This document shows positions 20,736-32,939 of a DNA stretch of 64,000 bases, piece by piece (positions within the stretch are counted from its first letter, which is position 1; each line of letters begins with the position of its first letter). This DNA comes from Euglena gracilis (Eukaryota). The stretch is from positions 23,634,954-23,698,953 of the forward strand of contig CP154954.1 in assembly GCA_039621445.1 (NCBI GenBank), written 5' to 3'. The translations under genes were made by a program, and so were the position numbers. The notes beneath the pieces are model-generated. The model was given only the letters and a program-made list of their open reading frames with translations. It did no database searches and was not told the DNA's origin.

Positions 20736-22535
20736 TATGTACATTCCACATCGTCCCCTTGGGACGAAGTGGGGCGAAGTGTCTGCGGTGGCCCTTTTGG
20801 TGACCTCAAACAGCACCGCCTTGGCAGAGGTCCCCAGGCCTCCCCATGTGCTCAGGCCGAAGGGTGAGAAGCCCCACCCCTTCGCCTGACACGGGGGGCC
20901 ATCCGTCTGCACTTTCCTGGTTTCCACCTGGTTGCAATGCCTGTGGGCATTGTCCACCACCAGTGGGTGCTCTCCCAGCCCCGCGGGTTGGCTGCAGACG
21001 ATATCAACTGCCACGTGTTGCCCCCGTGACCAGTTGATGAGGAGAATGTCGGCTGGTCTTTTGTTCGCCAAACACTCTGCCTCCTTCTCCACCGCAATGT
21101 TGTACCAGACACACATCGCCGCAAAAGCATCTCGGAATGCATTGTGCCGTTGGGTGTTTCCATTCTGCTCGCAGCAGACGAAGGGATCTCCGAAGGGATC
21201 AATGGACCCCCGACACAGTGGGCACCCCGGCAGCGTGACGCCTGAAGGGAGGATGGGCAGGCCAAGCCACCACCGCAGTAGCAGCCAGTATTGGGTGTCC
21301 GAGAAAGCTGTGTGCTGTGCCTTGCTGGGCAAAGTCCGCAGCCATCCCGTTGCCACCGGTCCCTTTTGGCATGCCCGTCTCACCCGGTCCCTGGCAGAGC
21401 CGACCGCGTCGACTCGCTGGCTCTGCATTTCCGCCACTTTCTCCGCCCACCACCGTTGGGTGGCGTGTTCTGGTGCTGCGGAGGAGAGTGGGGTGGTGCC
21501 TGCGAGCCAGCTGGCCACGGGATCCATGTTGGGGCCAAGCTGTTGCTGCAACCGTTGTAGCGTGTCTTGCATGTCCGGGGATGGGGTTGCCAACACCGAG
21601 GCTGGCACCCCACTGCTTGGCTGCCGTGCATCCCCAGATTCAGCAAGGCCGCCATCCGTGCCGCGGGTTGCAACACTTCGGGGTCCGAGATTCCGAGTCC
21701 TGCTTGGCGGATGGGCAGGGAGACTTGATCCCATTAACTCTCGGTGATTCCCGAGGAGATCTTGTACGGCTTCCTGCAGCCGTGCCCTGAGAATGAGCGG
21801 GGAGTCCCGTGCGTTTTCTCTCTCCGTTGATCGGAGGAGGTGGACCACCCGACATCCGTCAAGACAGTACCGCAAGAGTGCGTGCCGCACTTGCCCCTCT
21901 GGGTATCCCATGAGCCGTTCCAGGAGCAAGGTCGCCTTGTCCACGGTCTCTTCCCATACGGCTTGGCATTGTGGTGCTCTTGGCGTGTCCTCTTGTGCTG
22001 TGCGATGCTCCCGCGGGGCATCAATTGGGACGCCCAGGGTCGTGATGCCCCTCGGTCCTCCAAAGGGAATCACGGGCACTTGTCGTCCCAAGTGGTCTTC
22101 TGCCAAACCGTCTGGGTAATGTGGCCCGGCTTGATTGACCGTTTGCATCCCAGGTCCCCAAAATTTGCACTTGGCCAAATTGAGGTGGAGGCCTACTCGT
22201 TCCAGGACCGTGCTGAGGTCATGGAGGCGGGCCAACACCACTGCTGGTTTCCCCACGATGTGGCCGTCGTCGAGGTACCAAGACTCCCATGCCCAGTCCC
22301 GGGCAAAGCACTTGTCAAGGGCGTAGTCCAAGCCCAGTACAAAGCCCAAGGGCCCGCATGCGTCGCCTTGATGTACTCCGATCTGGCTTGTACACAGGAA
22401 GCGCCCTTGGCAGAACAACGGACTTGGTCCACTGTAGCAAAAGCGCAGCCAGTTGTACGCCGTGGGTACCTTGGCCAAGCATCCCCGGAGCATTGCATCC
22501 CTGCTGATGGAGTTGAAAGCATTGCGCATATCCAC

Positions 22536-24005
22536 GGAGCTGGGGTCCCCACGGCCAGCCAGATACCAGCCAGACCTCCTCCTCCTCTTTTTTTCACCAG
22601 CCACCAGCCAGACCTCCTCCTCCTCTTTTCTCCCAGCCACCAGCCACGGCCAGCCGCGGCTGGCCGTGGCTGGGGCGCCTCCTCCTTTTTTCCAGTACCT
22701 TCCGTAGAGCGCAAAAATTATAGTATGGCAAAGTCACCGGGGCGCAACCCCGTCGTTTTTTAGTACGCTCGGTGGCTGACGCCAGGTTTAGTCACAACAT
22801 CTACGCTGTCGAGCAGTAGGAACCGCGGTTCATGGAACCAGAATTGCTGCGCAAGAAGAAAATATCTTTCAGGGGAATAAACATTTCTCCAACATATTGC
22901 ACGGCAGCAGCATGTGACTGCGCCGGAAGGAACCAGGCGGTGGGGGGTGGGTCGGCCCCCCCACCCACCCACCACGGCATTTTCACCATTTTCTGGGTGG
23001 AGAGCAACGAATTTTTACGGCCGCACTGACTGACTCCGCCGGAAGCCGGAGGGGGGCAGAGAAAAAAACAACCACGCAGCACGGAAAAGCCCCCCAAAAC
23101 AACACAAATTTTGCAAAAAAAAACGCAAACAAAACGCTTTTGTGCCCCCCTTTCCAAGAGAACCGCACCCAAACAACTCCTTCCTCAGAGAAGTGGCCCA
23201 AAACTGCCCACGACCTTTGGCCAAAAACTGGCCACCACATCTGGCCCAAAACTGGCCACCAAAATCTGGCCATGACCTGTGGCCCAAAACTGGCCACCAC
23301 ATCTGGCCCAAAACTGGGCATCACATCTGGCCCAAAACTGGCCAGCACATCTGGCCCAAAACTGGCCATGACCTGTGGCCCAAAAATGACGAACACATCT
23401 GGCACAAAACTGGCCAGCACACCTGGCCCAAAAATGGCCACAAGAAGTGAATCAAACCATTGAAAAGTAAACCAGAATACAATGATATTACAAAAAAAAT
23501 GGACAGACAAAAACCTTCGACTTTTTAGGCACAGCAACAGGAATCAGAAAACACACAAGATAGACATTCCCAACATAATGTAGCAGTTTGTCCAGCTCCA
23601 GCAAACTCCTTCCAATAAGTTCATTTCACCTCAAGCCACCTGTGCAGCACTTAGTGTACTCAGCACCATATCATCATCTCCAACAGCGCCTTTGCCCAGG
23701 TCAAATGACTCTGTACTGCAGGTCTGACATTTTCTGTCCTGCAATGAAAATGTGAAGTTGCGCAGAAAACACCCTGAATCAGGACTTGCCCGGATCGCGG
23801 GGCTTTTTTTTCAGCTAGTTTCCCATCGCGGCCAGCCAGACCTCCTCCTCCTCTTTCAGATCCTCAACACTGAATCCAGCCAGACCTCCTCCTCCTCTAA
23901 ATCCACCCAGCCAGCCGTGGCTGGCCATGGCTGGCCAGACCTCCTCCTTTTTTTTGCCAGCCAGCCAGCCGCGGCTAGCCGCGGCTAGCCAGATACCCCA
24001 GCTCC
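22536..24005. mobile_element. Non-autonomous TIR element with 3-bp TSD (PIF/Harbinger-like)
   Basis: TIR GGAGCTGGGG / CCCCAGCTCC; TSD CAC; excision restores VLQVDMRNAF; the empty site is visible in the second CRE copy near 35385. Confidence 0.85.
23195..23442. repeat. 24-bp tandem repeat, about 10 units
   Basis: CTGGCCCAAAACTGGCCACCACAT and variants. Confidence 0.9.
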
Positions 24006-26482
24006 CACCTGCAACACCACGTGGTCGTTGTCCCCTTGGAGGTGGCTTGACTGGCCGTAGCGTTGCAGGCCCATGCCCACCATCTCGGCGGCGTTGCGCA
24101 CTCCCACCCTGCACTGCCGCGGTTGTAGGGCTGCCAACTCCATCGTCACCGCTTCAGAATGGACAAGGCACTTGCCCACCACTCGCCGGAGTGTGTCCCC
24201 GACGGCAATGGGCCGCACCCCCCCATCCTTCTTGCGGAGCGGGATGAGCGTGGAGGCGCATAGCACTTCTCGCACGCTCTCCGGGAATGATGTGGTCAGG
24301 GCCGTCGCAGCAAGCTTGCCGAGGGCTTGGACCAGGGGCCCCCCCGGCCCCAGCTTTCGGCAACACTCACTGAGGTGGATTGGACGCAGCCCAGATGGTC
24401 CGCCTGCGGACCCCGGGGGGAAGGAGACCACGGCTGCCCAGGCCCGCTTGGACCACTGCTCGTTGCTCTCCTCTTCGTCCATGCCCTCGTGCACCAGGCG
24501 GCAGGCAATCGAGGTGGGCAAATCCCCTGCCGGGACCAAGTGTGGCTGTGGTGGGGGATGGAGGTCCCTCAGTACGGCTTCCACACCTGGTTCCTGCGAG
24601 TTGACCAGCCCATCTGACACCAACAGCTTAGCGGCCTTGGACAGTGCGCCTTCCTCCACCAACCCCACCTGGGATGGTGACATTTCCCCTTCCTCCTCCC
24701 GCTTGGCCTGTGCCCTTGTGCGCGCCGGTTGGTCCAATGGGGTCTGCCGTGCTTGGGCGTTCGCCTCGGCCCACAAGGTTCCCAGTTGGCCTTGCTGAAA
24801 GAGACGCAGCCGTCGGTCCATGTCATGTGCTGCCTTCCGCTGCTGTTTGCTTCCACCCCGGCCTGATGAACGCAATACCAGCTTTGGGAAACACATGAGA
24901 CGGCAGGTTGGCACTGGGACTGCCACATCCCTCACCAGATGTGCCAGCTCTTGGGAGATGGCGGTGCGACACATTGCCGGGATGTGTCTCACCGTGGGCA
25001 CATGCACGACGAGCACCCCATCAAACGTCGGCGTCATTTGTGGGCATCGGCTTGTGGTTGGTGTTCCTGGCTGTGGCAGGGCTGCATCCCTCGGGGGGAT
25101 GAGAGACACAGGGCCCCGTGTTTCCTCTGCGGTGTCGAGGCCTTGCGGTGCCACCTGGCAGTTCCTGCATCTTTTGCTTTGGGGCACAAGTGAGCGGCAG
25201 GGGCCTGCGCAGTTTGGAGGACTGCTGGCGGCACCAATTGGCCGTGCGACACGTGGCGCGCGGCCAGGTGCGACACCAACGCTTTGCGGGACTTGGTGGT
25301 GAGGGCTTCTGGGCACGATGGAAAGGGACACATGAGGGTTGGTGGTCCCTCTGCTTCTGCTTCTTCCTCTTCGTCCTCAGCCGCCACGTCATCCCCTTGC
25401 TTTTCTTCGACGTGGCGGCCGAGTGCCACGGGAACCCGTGGCGTGTCCCTGCTTTCTGCCCCCTTCCCTCCCCTTGGGGATGTTCTTCTTGGTGGTGCCT
25501 TTGGCTTGGGTGTGGTTGTGGCTGTGCTGCTGCTCGCTCTGCTTCGCTTTTTTCACCAGCCGTCCGTCCGTCCGTCCTTCCGCCCCCCTTGCAAGTCTTC
25601 GACACCGACTTGGGCAAGAGGTCCAGCCACTGAAGGACTGGTTTGAGACGCCCTCCTCTATCCAGAGAGCGAGCCTGCAAGAAACTCGACAACAATTTTG
25701 GCAAGATCGCATGAACGCCCAGAGATACAAGGAATGGAAGCAAACTGGCAGCCACCGAGACTTGTGTCGCAAAAGCTTACAGACCGCCAACTCAGGGGCT
25801 TGGAAAAATTGACGCCCTTCTCAAGCTCTTGGAACCCAGATGGAACATGTTGATCATCGCCTGGCACTCCAGTGGTGGCTTGGGCTCCCACTGCTCAACC
25901 CCAATGAGGTGGGGGGGGAGAATTTGTGCCCAATGTATAGTATGGATGCATGGGGAGACCATGTAGTTACCTGCAAGGCCACTCAACGCCAACTCTACTC
26001 CAAGACTGGTTACTTGCCACAGCACGAGAGGATGGTATTACCTCCTTTAAAGAAGCACAACTGCTGGATGGCTCCCGACCTGGTGACGTACCTGGCGGGG
26101 TGGACCAGCCTTGGCTATTGATCTCACTATTGTGCACCCATTGCGACCTTCTGAACCACGCCCCTCACCAGACTCTGTCAAGAAAATGTTGCTACGTGAA
26201 GAACAAGCCAAACTCAATAAATATGCAGTGGCATGTGAGAAAGTCCGATGGGACTTCAAAGCATTGGTCCTTCACCTGTGGGGAGGCATGACCAGTAGGG
26301 TAGATTCGATTAATCGATTAATCGACTAATCGTCCGTGGCCGCCGATTAATCGAATCGTTCGGTGGGGGGAGATTAATCGGTCCACAAAAACAGGTCAAC
26401 GGAAACAAGACAACATCTCACCATGTCATACCCCAATGTTCAAGACAAAGGTTATTATGGAAAATGTTCCTATTAAGTAACA

Positions 26483-26554
26483 ATACATGTAGTTCAGTGG
26501 TACAACGCATACTTCACAGCTGTGAGGTCGTGGGTTCGATCCCCACCATGTATG
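26483..26554 (+). tRNA. tRNA-like gene, anticodon CAC, non-canonical
   Basis: Acceptor ATACATG/CATGTAT, AGTGGTA D-loop, T-arm GTGGG-TTCGATC-CCCAC, downstream TTTT. Confidence 0.7.
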
Positions 26555-26618
26555 AAGTTTTGTAACCCATTTTATCCAACTTTTGTTGGTGGTTTTGTCA
26601 ACAAAAGTTGAACTTTAA

Positions 26619-26690
26619 AAGACGAGGCAGGAATCGAACCCACGACCACACGGTCATAGAACACACGCTCTACCACTTGGCCACTCGTCT
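26619..26690 (-). tRNA. tRNA-like gene, anticodon position TAT, weak D and anticodon stems
   Basis: Acceptor AGACGAG/CTCGTCT, box A TGGCCAAGTGG, box B GGTTCGATTCC, TTTT at the 3' end. Confidence 0.65.
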
Positions 26691-26858
26691 TGCTGTACAA
26701 TTACAACCCATAAACAAGGTAAAGAGGTTCTTTTCCTGGTTTTCCAGTGGTTATCCTGGTTTTCGCCCCATCACGATGAATGTTTGGTATGAAGTGTACT
26801 ATTTTGGTTTTTGGGGTTGTTTCAGTGATTCCGAAGGCAGCCAGAGTTATTAGTCACA

Positions 26859-27720
26859 ATGTCGTCGTGGGTTTGGGAACACTTCAAGAAGGGCGGCGAT
26901 AAGAAGTCTGTCAGTTGCAAACACTGCCCAGACGGAAACACTTTTGCATACCATGGTGGGACAACATCCATGATTTTCCACCTGCGTTTGAAGCACAACA
27001 TCACACAGTCACCCACACCAAAAGGTTTAATTTCAAAAATTTAAGATAAAAACCCTCAATAATCTATTCAGGACAGTCAACACTTACCTCCCACCTTTTG
27101 AGGAAAGTTCTTGTTGAAAGGGCTCGTGAAGAATTGACCTCAGAGGAGTTCATTTGCGCTATATGGGCTCGAAAAGCTTTAGCACACGATCTCATCGAGG
27201 ACGCAGCCATACAATTCCTTTCCACGTTTTATAATCAAATAATTTTTGCGGAAATATCAACGTATCAACAAATCTGTGTACAAAAAGATCGGACGAGGAA
27301 TTGTCACCTTGGGAGTAGATGGATGGACGAACACGCGGCACAGGTTCAAATACTTTAGTAAATTTGACAAAAATCATTTTTATCACACTTGTTGGCAACC
27401 CACATTTTCGAAGCAAAAAAAATGCACCATGGACCATGAAGGATTTTTGGGAGGGGGCTCAGAAATGCATCTGGGGACCTCCCCATCGCTTGCAATTTAA
27501 TTCCAAGTGGTCTGAGCTCCAAGTGGTCTGGGCGACACCCTGCAAAAGAGCTTTTCTGCACAAAGTTTGCTTCATTCTGACCTCCGTTCCTGCCTCTCCG
27601 AGGAGAGTATTCGTGCCCTCATGTCAGTTCGCATGAACATTTTGCGACTGTACGATATTCCATGTATGCCTCGGCGGAAAAAAGCTAAAAAGCAATGAGC
27701 ACAATAGAAACAGAAGGAAT
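26859..27720 (+). pseudogene. hAT transposase remnant (BED finger, first catalytic Asp, C-terminal dimerisation motif)
   Basis: WVWEHF..CKHC..GGTTSMIFHLRLKH; putative GT-AG intron 27025-27071 splices in frame to GQSTLTSHL..IWARKALAHDLIED; TLGVDGWTN; ILTSVPAS..RVF; most of the core is missing. Confidence 0.85.
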
Positions 27721-28050
27721 TTGGCTGTCCAATCCAAGTGCTTTGCCTCCTGTGTCTGGGTCCAGTCCACACATTTTCTCACTGACTAGCCATTACATTC
27801 TTCGAAAAGTCAGTCGCTTTTTTTTTTGCGGAGAACTGTCAATCACCACCCCCCCCGGGGGGTCGGCACATCACATTTGCCCTCAAAACTCCCAGCACTG
27901 AAAAACCGACTTTGCTCGGCCTTTGAAAAACGGCCTTTGCCTATACTCCACCACTGAGCTATTCGCTTTTTGGTGGATTTCACATTTCCGACACATTTTC
28001 TTTTAAACACTAAAACAAACTCTTCTGAAAAAGGAAAAATGTCCAAAAAG

Positions 28051-28121
28051 GGGGCGACCGGGGATTGAACCCGGGACCGTAGAGTTGTTACCCTTATGCT
28101 CTACCACTAAGGTATTCGCCT
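28051..28121 (-). tRNA. tRNA-like repeat unit, anticodon AAC
   Basis: GGCGAATACCTTAGTGGTAGAGC..GTAACAA..CCGGGTTCAATCCCCGG. Confidence 0.6.
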
Positions 28122-28187
28122 TCTGACCACACATTCCTTTTTGACACAATACCAGACTCTTCTGAAAAAAAGGAAAAAGTCCAAAAG

Positions 28188-28258
28188 GGGGCGAACCGGG
28201 ATTGAACCCGGGACCATACGGTTATTAGCCCTATGCTCTACCACTGAGCTATTCGCCT
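28188..28258 (-). tRNA. tRNA-like repeat unit, anticodon AAT
   Basis: GGCGAATAGCTCAGTGGTAGAGC..CTAATAA..GGTTCAATCC..TTCGCC, followed by TTTT. Confidence 0.65.
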
Positions 28259-28337
28259 TCTGGGTGGCTAAAGTCTCACACTTTTTTTTTAAACACAATA
28301 ACACACTCTTCTGAAAAAAGGGAAAATGTCCAAAAGG

Positions 28338-28408
28338 GGGACGACCGGGGATTGAACCCGGGACTGTAGGGTTGTAAGCCCCATGCTCTACCACTGAGCT
28401 ATTCGCCA
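28338..28408 (-). tRNA. tRNA-like repeat unit, anticodon TAC
   Basis: GGCGAATAGCTCAGTGGTAGAGC-A-TGGGG-CTTACAA-CCCTA..CCGGGTTCAATCCCCGG. Confidence 0.65.
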
Positions 28409-28645
28409 TTTTAAGTAAAGTAAAAATTTTAGTTGACGAGGGCTCTTACCCTTACGATTTTTTGTTGTTATTTTTGTGGATTTTGATTTTTTTTGGGTTG
28501 GTTTGCGAAAGTATCACACATGGACCAATTAATCGTTAATCGTCTGGGACCCCCCGATTAATCGCAATTAATCGTTCGACTTCCCAAAACGATTAATTGG
28601 CACAACCCTATGACCAGTGAAGGCAACCTGTTGCTCCATCACATC

Positions 28646-30731
28646 CAGGGGGCGTTTAAAAGCGTTTGATACTAAATTCGGTTTGGTATTTAACTCGTCG
28701 GGTTTAAATCTGTTTTAATCCCGACGAAGATCCCCCCTCGGCCGGATTTAAACCACCGAGGTTAAGCATTACGCATTTAAGAATCATGAGGAAATTCCTA
28801 ACCCAGAACCTTTCTGTGGATGGTGTGTTGAGAAACAATGTCCTGTTTCCCTTGTTTTTCCTTTCCTCCCTTCCAGAGAGGCTGTCCCTGGCGACAACGT
28901 TGTCTTCAACGTGAAGAACATGTCTGTCAAGGATATTCGCTGTCATGCGTTCGAACGCCAAGAAAGATCCCACCAAAAAGGCTGCTGACTTCACTGCGCA
29001 GGTAAGCTTCTCTTCAAACGCTCAGCAGGACTTAAGTTGGCAGAGTGTTTTCATAATCTGCTATCACAAGGTTGGTTTCAAGGCTTTCATGGGGGGGTTA
29101 GGGTGTGTGTCCCTTGACCAGGGTTTTGGAGAAGTGCCAAAAAAATTTTCAACCCTCAGGCCCCCTTGTCTGCCTTCAAAAATGTTTCTGGTTGGTGCCA
29201 TTCTGTATGCGAGATGGACAAATTGGCGTTTTGTTCCTTTTCCATTCACGTTTCTTCAGGTAATCATTCTGAACCACCCTGGTCAGATTGACAACGGTGC
29301 CCTCGTGCCCGTGCTGGACTGCCACATTGCCGGCAGAAGTCCACTGGCAAGATCTTTAAGGCGAAGACACCGAGACGAAGATTGACCGTGGCCATGCGTG
29401 GGGAACAATCAGCTTCTGGAGATCCTGAGGCCCAGGGTTTGACTTGGCCCGTAGAGCCTTGTTCGTGTTTCAGTACCCTCCCCTCCGTCCCCTCCCCGCT
29501 ACATGAGTTCCTGTAAACTGAAAATCTCCTTCAGCCCCCCCACTACCATCTCCTCCTCCCATTATGTACCCCCACCATTATGTACCCCCTGGGGGGGGAG
29601 GTACATAATGGGGGGGGATGGTAGCTCACTGCCATAACACTTTTTCTAAATTTCCCAAAAAAATGCTCAAAAATCGACGTTTTTGGGACGTTTTTAAATA
29701 GTGATATTTGGCAAATGTGCTGAAAATTGACCATTTATTGCAAACATCCAAAAAGTTGCCAAAAATGACCCCTTTTGGGCTGTTCGGTCGGGTCTGGGAA
29801 TAGGACCTGGGTACCCCCCCCATTGTGTACCATGCCCCCCCCATATAAGACCCCCCCTCGGGAGCCAAAATCCCAGGGGGGGTCTTATATGGGGGGGTCT
29901 TATATGGGGGGGTCAGTCCCGGCCAAAGGGCCGGCCTTCGGCCGGCCAGGGGGGGTCTTATATGGGGGGTCTTTTCTGGGGGGGGGGCATGGTACCTCCC
30001 CCCCATTATGTACCTTCCCCCCAATTTCGGCGTCCCGAGGTACATAATGGGGGGGATGGTAACAGCAATTCCTGTTCCAGTCTCGGACTGCCATCCCCCC
30101 GAATGTTGCTGTTTTGGCCCCCGAAGAAAAAATTTTGTCCCCCCTGAACTCCGTTTTTTTTTGGGCACCCCCCAGAATGTTACATTTTTTTGCCCATTCT
30201 CAGACCAACGCCCCATCTGTGGCGCTGTCAAACCCTGGAAGTGGTTGAAGTCTTTCCATTTGCAAATGTTTTGGTATTAATCACCCAGGGTCTTTGGTTA
30301 TTGGTCAAAGTTGAAGCTGAAGTTTAAGAAGATTAAACGACTCAGCGAACTGCAGTTGCTTCCACGAGTATTTTGTTGCTTTCGGTGTTCATGAGGTCAA
30401 ATTTTTTTTTCACGACACAGTTTGAAAAAATTCAATGTTTCTGAAAAGAAATGCAGAAAAATATTCTCTCCTTTTTTGGCAAAAAAACGTCGGCGATGTC
30501 TGTACCGTTCGACGTGCGCCTTCGGCGGTGCCTCCCTCACCCGACGGAATAATCTACCACCTGAAAAGCAAAATGAGACGGAAAATTTTTTCCGGCTGAG
30601 ACAATGAAAAATTTTTGGGCATGACACCAGAAACGGAATTAAACCGACGAGGTTTGGACCCAAAACGGAATTAAACCACACGCTTTTAATCCCTTTTTAT
30701 TAAGTACCTTGCGCTTTTAAACGCTCCCCTG
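28646..30731. mobile_element. Pack-type TIR element with 2-bp TSD carrying an EF-1alpha fragment
   Basis: CAGGGGGCGTTTAAAAGCG / CGCTTTTAAACGCTCCCCTG; TC duplicated; removal restores the RLE frame; nested MITE at about 29544-30062. Confidence 0.8.
28877..29390 (+). pseudogene. tef1: EF-1alpha genomic fragment: two exons and a GT-AG intron (29002-29259)
   Basis: EAVPGDNVVFNVKNMSVKDIR..SNAKKDPTKKAADFTAQ | GTAAGC..TTCAG | VIILNHPGQIDNG..PVLDCH..TKIDR. Confidence 0.92.
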
Positions 30732-32031
30732 TCTGTCGACTTTATGCCGAAAATACCACAATTAGGGAAAGCAAAGCCGAGAGAGTGGAGCATTTTTGGC
30801 AATCCTTGTCTGTTTGCATCATGCGCACAGTAGCCTCGCAACTGCGGCTAACTACCTATACTGGGCCACAAGGGCCCCAAGTGTTTCCAGTTTCCACGGA
30901 TCGAATGGGCAGTGCATTGGGGGTGGCTGGCCGGCTAGCCGTCCGAGCCGTCCGGACCTCTTCAGCCGGACCAATGCTGGACGCCCAGCCATCCGTCCAG
31001 ACGAAGCATTTTTTCGCCAGCCGTCCGTCAAGCCGGACCAATGTCTGTCTTGCCGGCCGGCCGGACCAAAAAAAATTCCTGAGCACCACGGGCAATTGCC
31101 CGCTCCTGTTCCAGCTTTGAATCTGTCAGCAACAACTTGGCAATCTCAACCTTGGAGCCAAGGCTGGATTGAAGTTTTCAAGAGAAGAGGAGGATTGAGG
31201 TTGAGGTTGAAGTGAGGTTGAAGTTTCAAAACTTCTCCCAACTTCAACCCGGGAAACACTTGCATTTTTATGACCTAAATGATTTTGTTCCTTCCTTAGA
31301 AATGGCTGATGGCACTGCCAATCCACCGAAACGGATTTGTTTTGCCAAGGGCCACCAAGGAAAGAGGAATATGGATCTAGCACGTTACTTTGAGGCATAT
31401 GGTGCTCCGTTGCGGGTGAGGTGCAAATTATGTTATCAAGCACGGTTTGATGAAGGGCTAAGAGTCTTGGAGGAAGTCCTCAAAATCCTCCGAAAAATGG
31501 CCAAAACTCGTCAAAATTTGTAAAATCTGTCAGATTCTGGTGAAATTGTAACACCGTTGCGGAAAAAACACCTGGGTGTCCTCATGGTGAGTCCGGAGGA
31601 TGTCGAAAGTGGCCTACATTTGTGGACCTTAGTGTGCCAACGTCCTCGGAGAAGAATGCTCCGAGGCTCGTTCCTTTTGGAACCTGCATTGACCGTCCGC
31701 TGACCCACTGAGTGATTCATATGTGATAACAAGGAAGCCGTTGCAAAGTTTACACTGCTTTCATCCTCCCTTGCATTTTACAATGGGGTTGGATTTTAGT
31801 GCTTCCATTTAGGTTTGCCAGGTTTGTCATTTGGGGCACTCAAATGGTTCATTCAAGGGCAACACACATGGAGAACACATCAAATACTCATCTTCCGGTG
31901 GGGCGGGATTTGGACTGAAGTTGGAAGAAGTTAGATTGAGGTTGAAGTGAGGTTGAAGTTTGAGAACTTCTCTCCACTTCAATCCAGCCCTGTTGGAGCG
32001 CATCCACACCAGCCATGGCAAAATTGGTATA

Positions 32032-32265
32032 CCACCTCCCCCCCCCCTAATTGACCGTGGGACCTCTCCACGGGACCCCCCTTTTGGTCAATTAGGGGGG
32101 GGGTTCAATTAGGGGGGGGGGCGTCAATTAGGGGGGGGGTACCGTCAATTAGGGGGTGCTTCAGCACAGAATCCCCCCGGGCAGTCAATTAGGGGGGGGG
32201 TCGAAAAAAATTTCCCCGGGGCGTTTGGTCAATTAGGGGGGGGGTCAATTAGGGGGGGGAGGTGG
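32032..32265. mobile_element. TA-flanked MITE, inverted copy of 20499-20735
   Basis: Same TIRs and interior; TA on both sides. Confidence 0.85.
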
Positions 32266-32939
32266 TATATCCGCCCAGAGTCGCGTGCACTGAGACGCCT
32301 GCGCTTCCAAAGACCCGGCCGGCTAGCCGGCCAGCCGGCTAGCTGGACCAAAGTGCATTTTCTTCAGCCGTCTGGACCAAGCCCACAAGGTCAGCCGTCC
32401 ATCCGGACCTTCGCTTTTTTCACCAGCCGTCCGTCCGTCCGTCCGTCCGCCCCCATTGCCCATGGCCTGGCAAGCGATGACGCCCACAAAAAAAAACGAC
32501 AGAGGGCAGAAGACACCATGACACACCAACCGTACGCATAGCCAACAACACGACCAAAAAAAAAACCAACAACATAAGCAAGTCACACCCTGCAACAAAC
32601 AGAGGAAGTCCACAAAGAAACCCAGGCCCTTACCTCACCAAAAGCAAAGCCTTCCCCCGGACCAACTCCCTTATCCCTAAGCTCGCCACCCCAGCCACAA
32701 CACTCGCCATTCTCTTGGAAAGGGGGGGGGGCAAAAAAGCGTTTTGTTTGTGTTTTTTTTGGCAAAATATGTGTTGTTCAAACAGAAAAAATGTCAGTAA
32801 AATTTGACTGTGCCAAAACTTTGTCCACTTTTTTTTGACCTTTGTTTATTTCACCCCCCTCCTCAAAAGTACGAGTTTTTAGGACGGAAAATTTTGAGAT
32901 TTTTTTTTAAAAAAGGGGGTTTTCCATCAAAAATCACGT

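Larger units (their letters stand above)
20770..25550 (-). mobile_element. Near full-length degenerate CRE-clade non-LTR retrotransposon (C2H2 finger - RT - RLE)
   Basis: CPFPSC..HLAARH; RPIAVGDTLRR; VDMRNAFN; GVHQGDACGP; WYLDDG; CPLC..RHNAFRD..RPADIL..AVD; split by 22536-24005; several frameshifts. Confidence 0.92.
26296..28610 (+). mobile_element. Internally deleted hAT-type DNA transposon carrying tRNA-like cassettes
   Basis: TAGGGT..ACCCTA termini, GATTAATCG subterminal repeats at both ends, duplicated (A)TGACCAG(T); removal restores the host RLE frame. Confidence 0.9.
25630..30925 (+). pseudogene. 3' (RLE) part of another CRE-like element, split by two DNA transposons
   Basis: LALQWWLGLP, DAWGDHVVTC, RPGDV, AIDLTIVHP, KYAVAC; rejoined frame WGGMTS|EGNLLLHHI|CRLY..HFWQSLSVCIMR across 26295/28611 and 28645/30732. 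Confidence 0.85.

Noticed and set aside
23195-23442. CRISPR-like array or repeat protein (TSGPKLA)n
   Set aside because: Head-to-tail 24-bp units with no unique spacers, inside a non-autonomous TIR element in eukaryotic DNA
27940-28410. Ordinary functional tRNA gene cluster
   Set aside because: Mismatched stems, one truncated unit, homologous spacers and location within a transposon; kept only as tRNA-like
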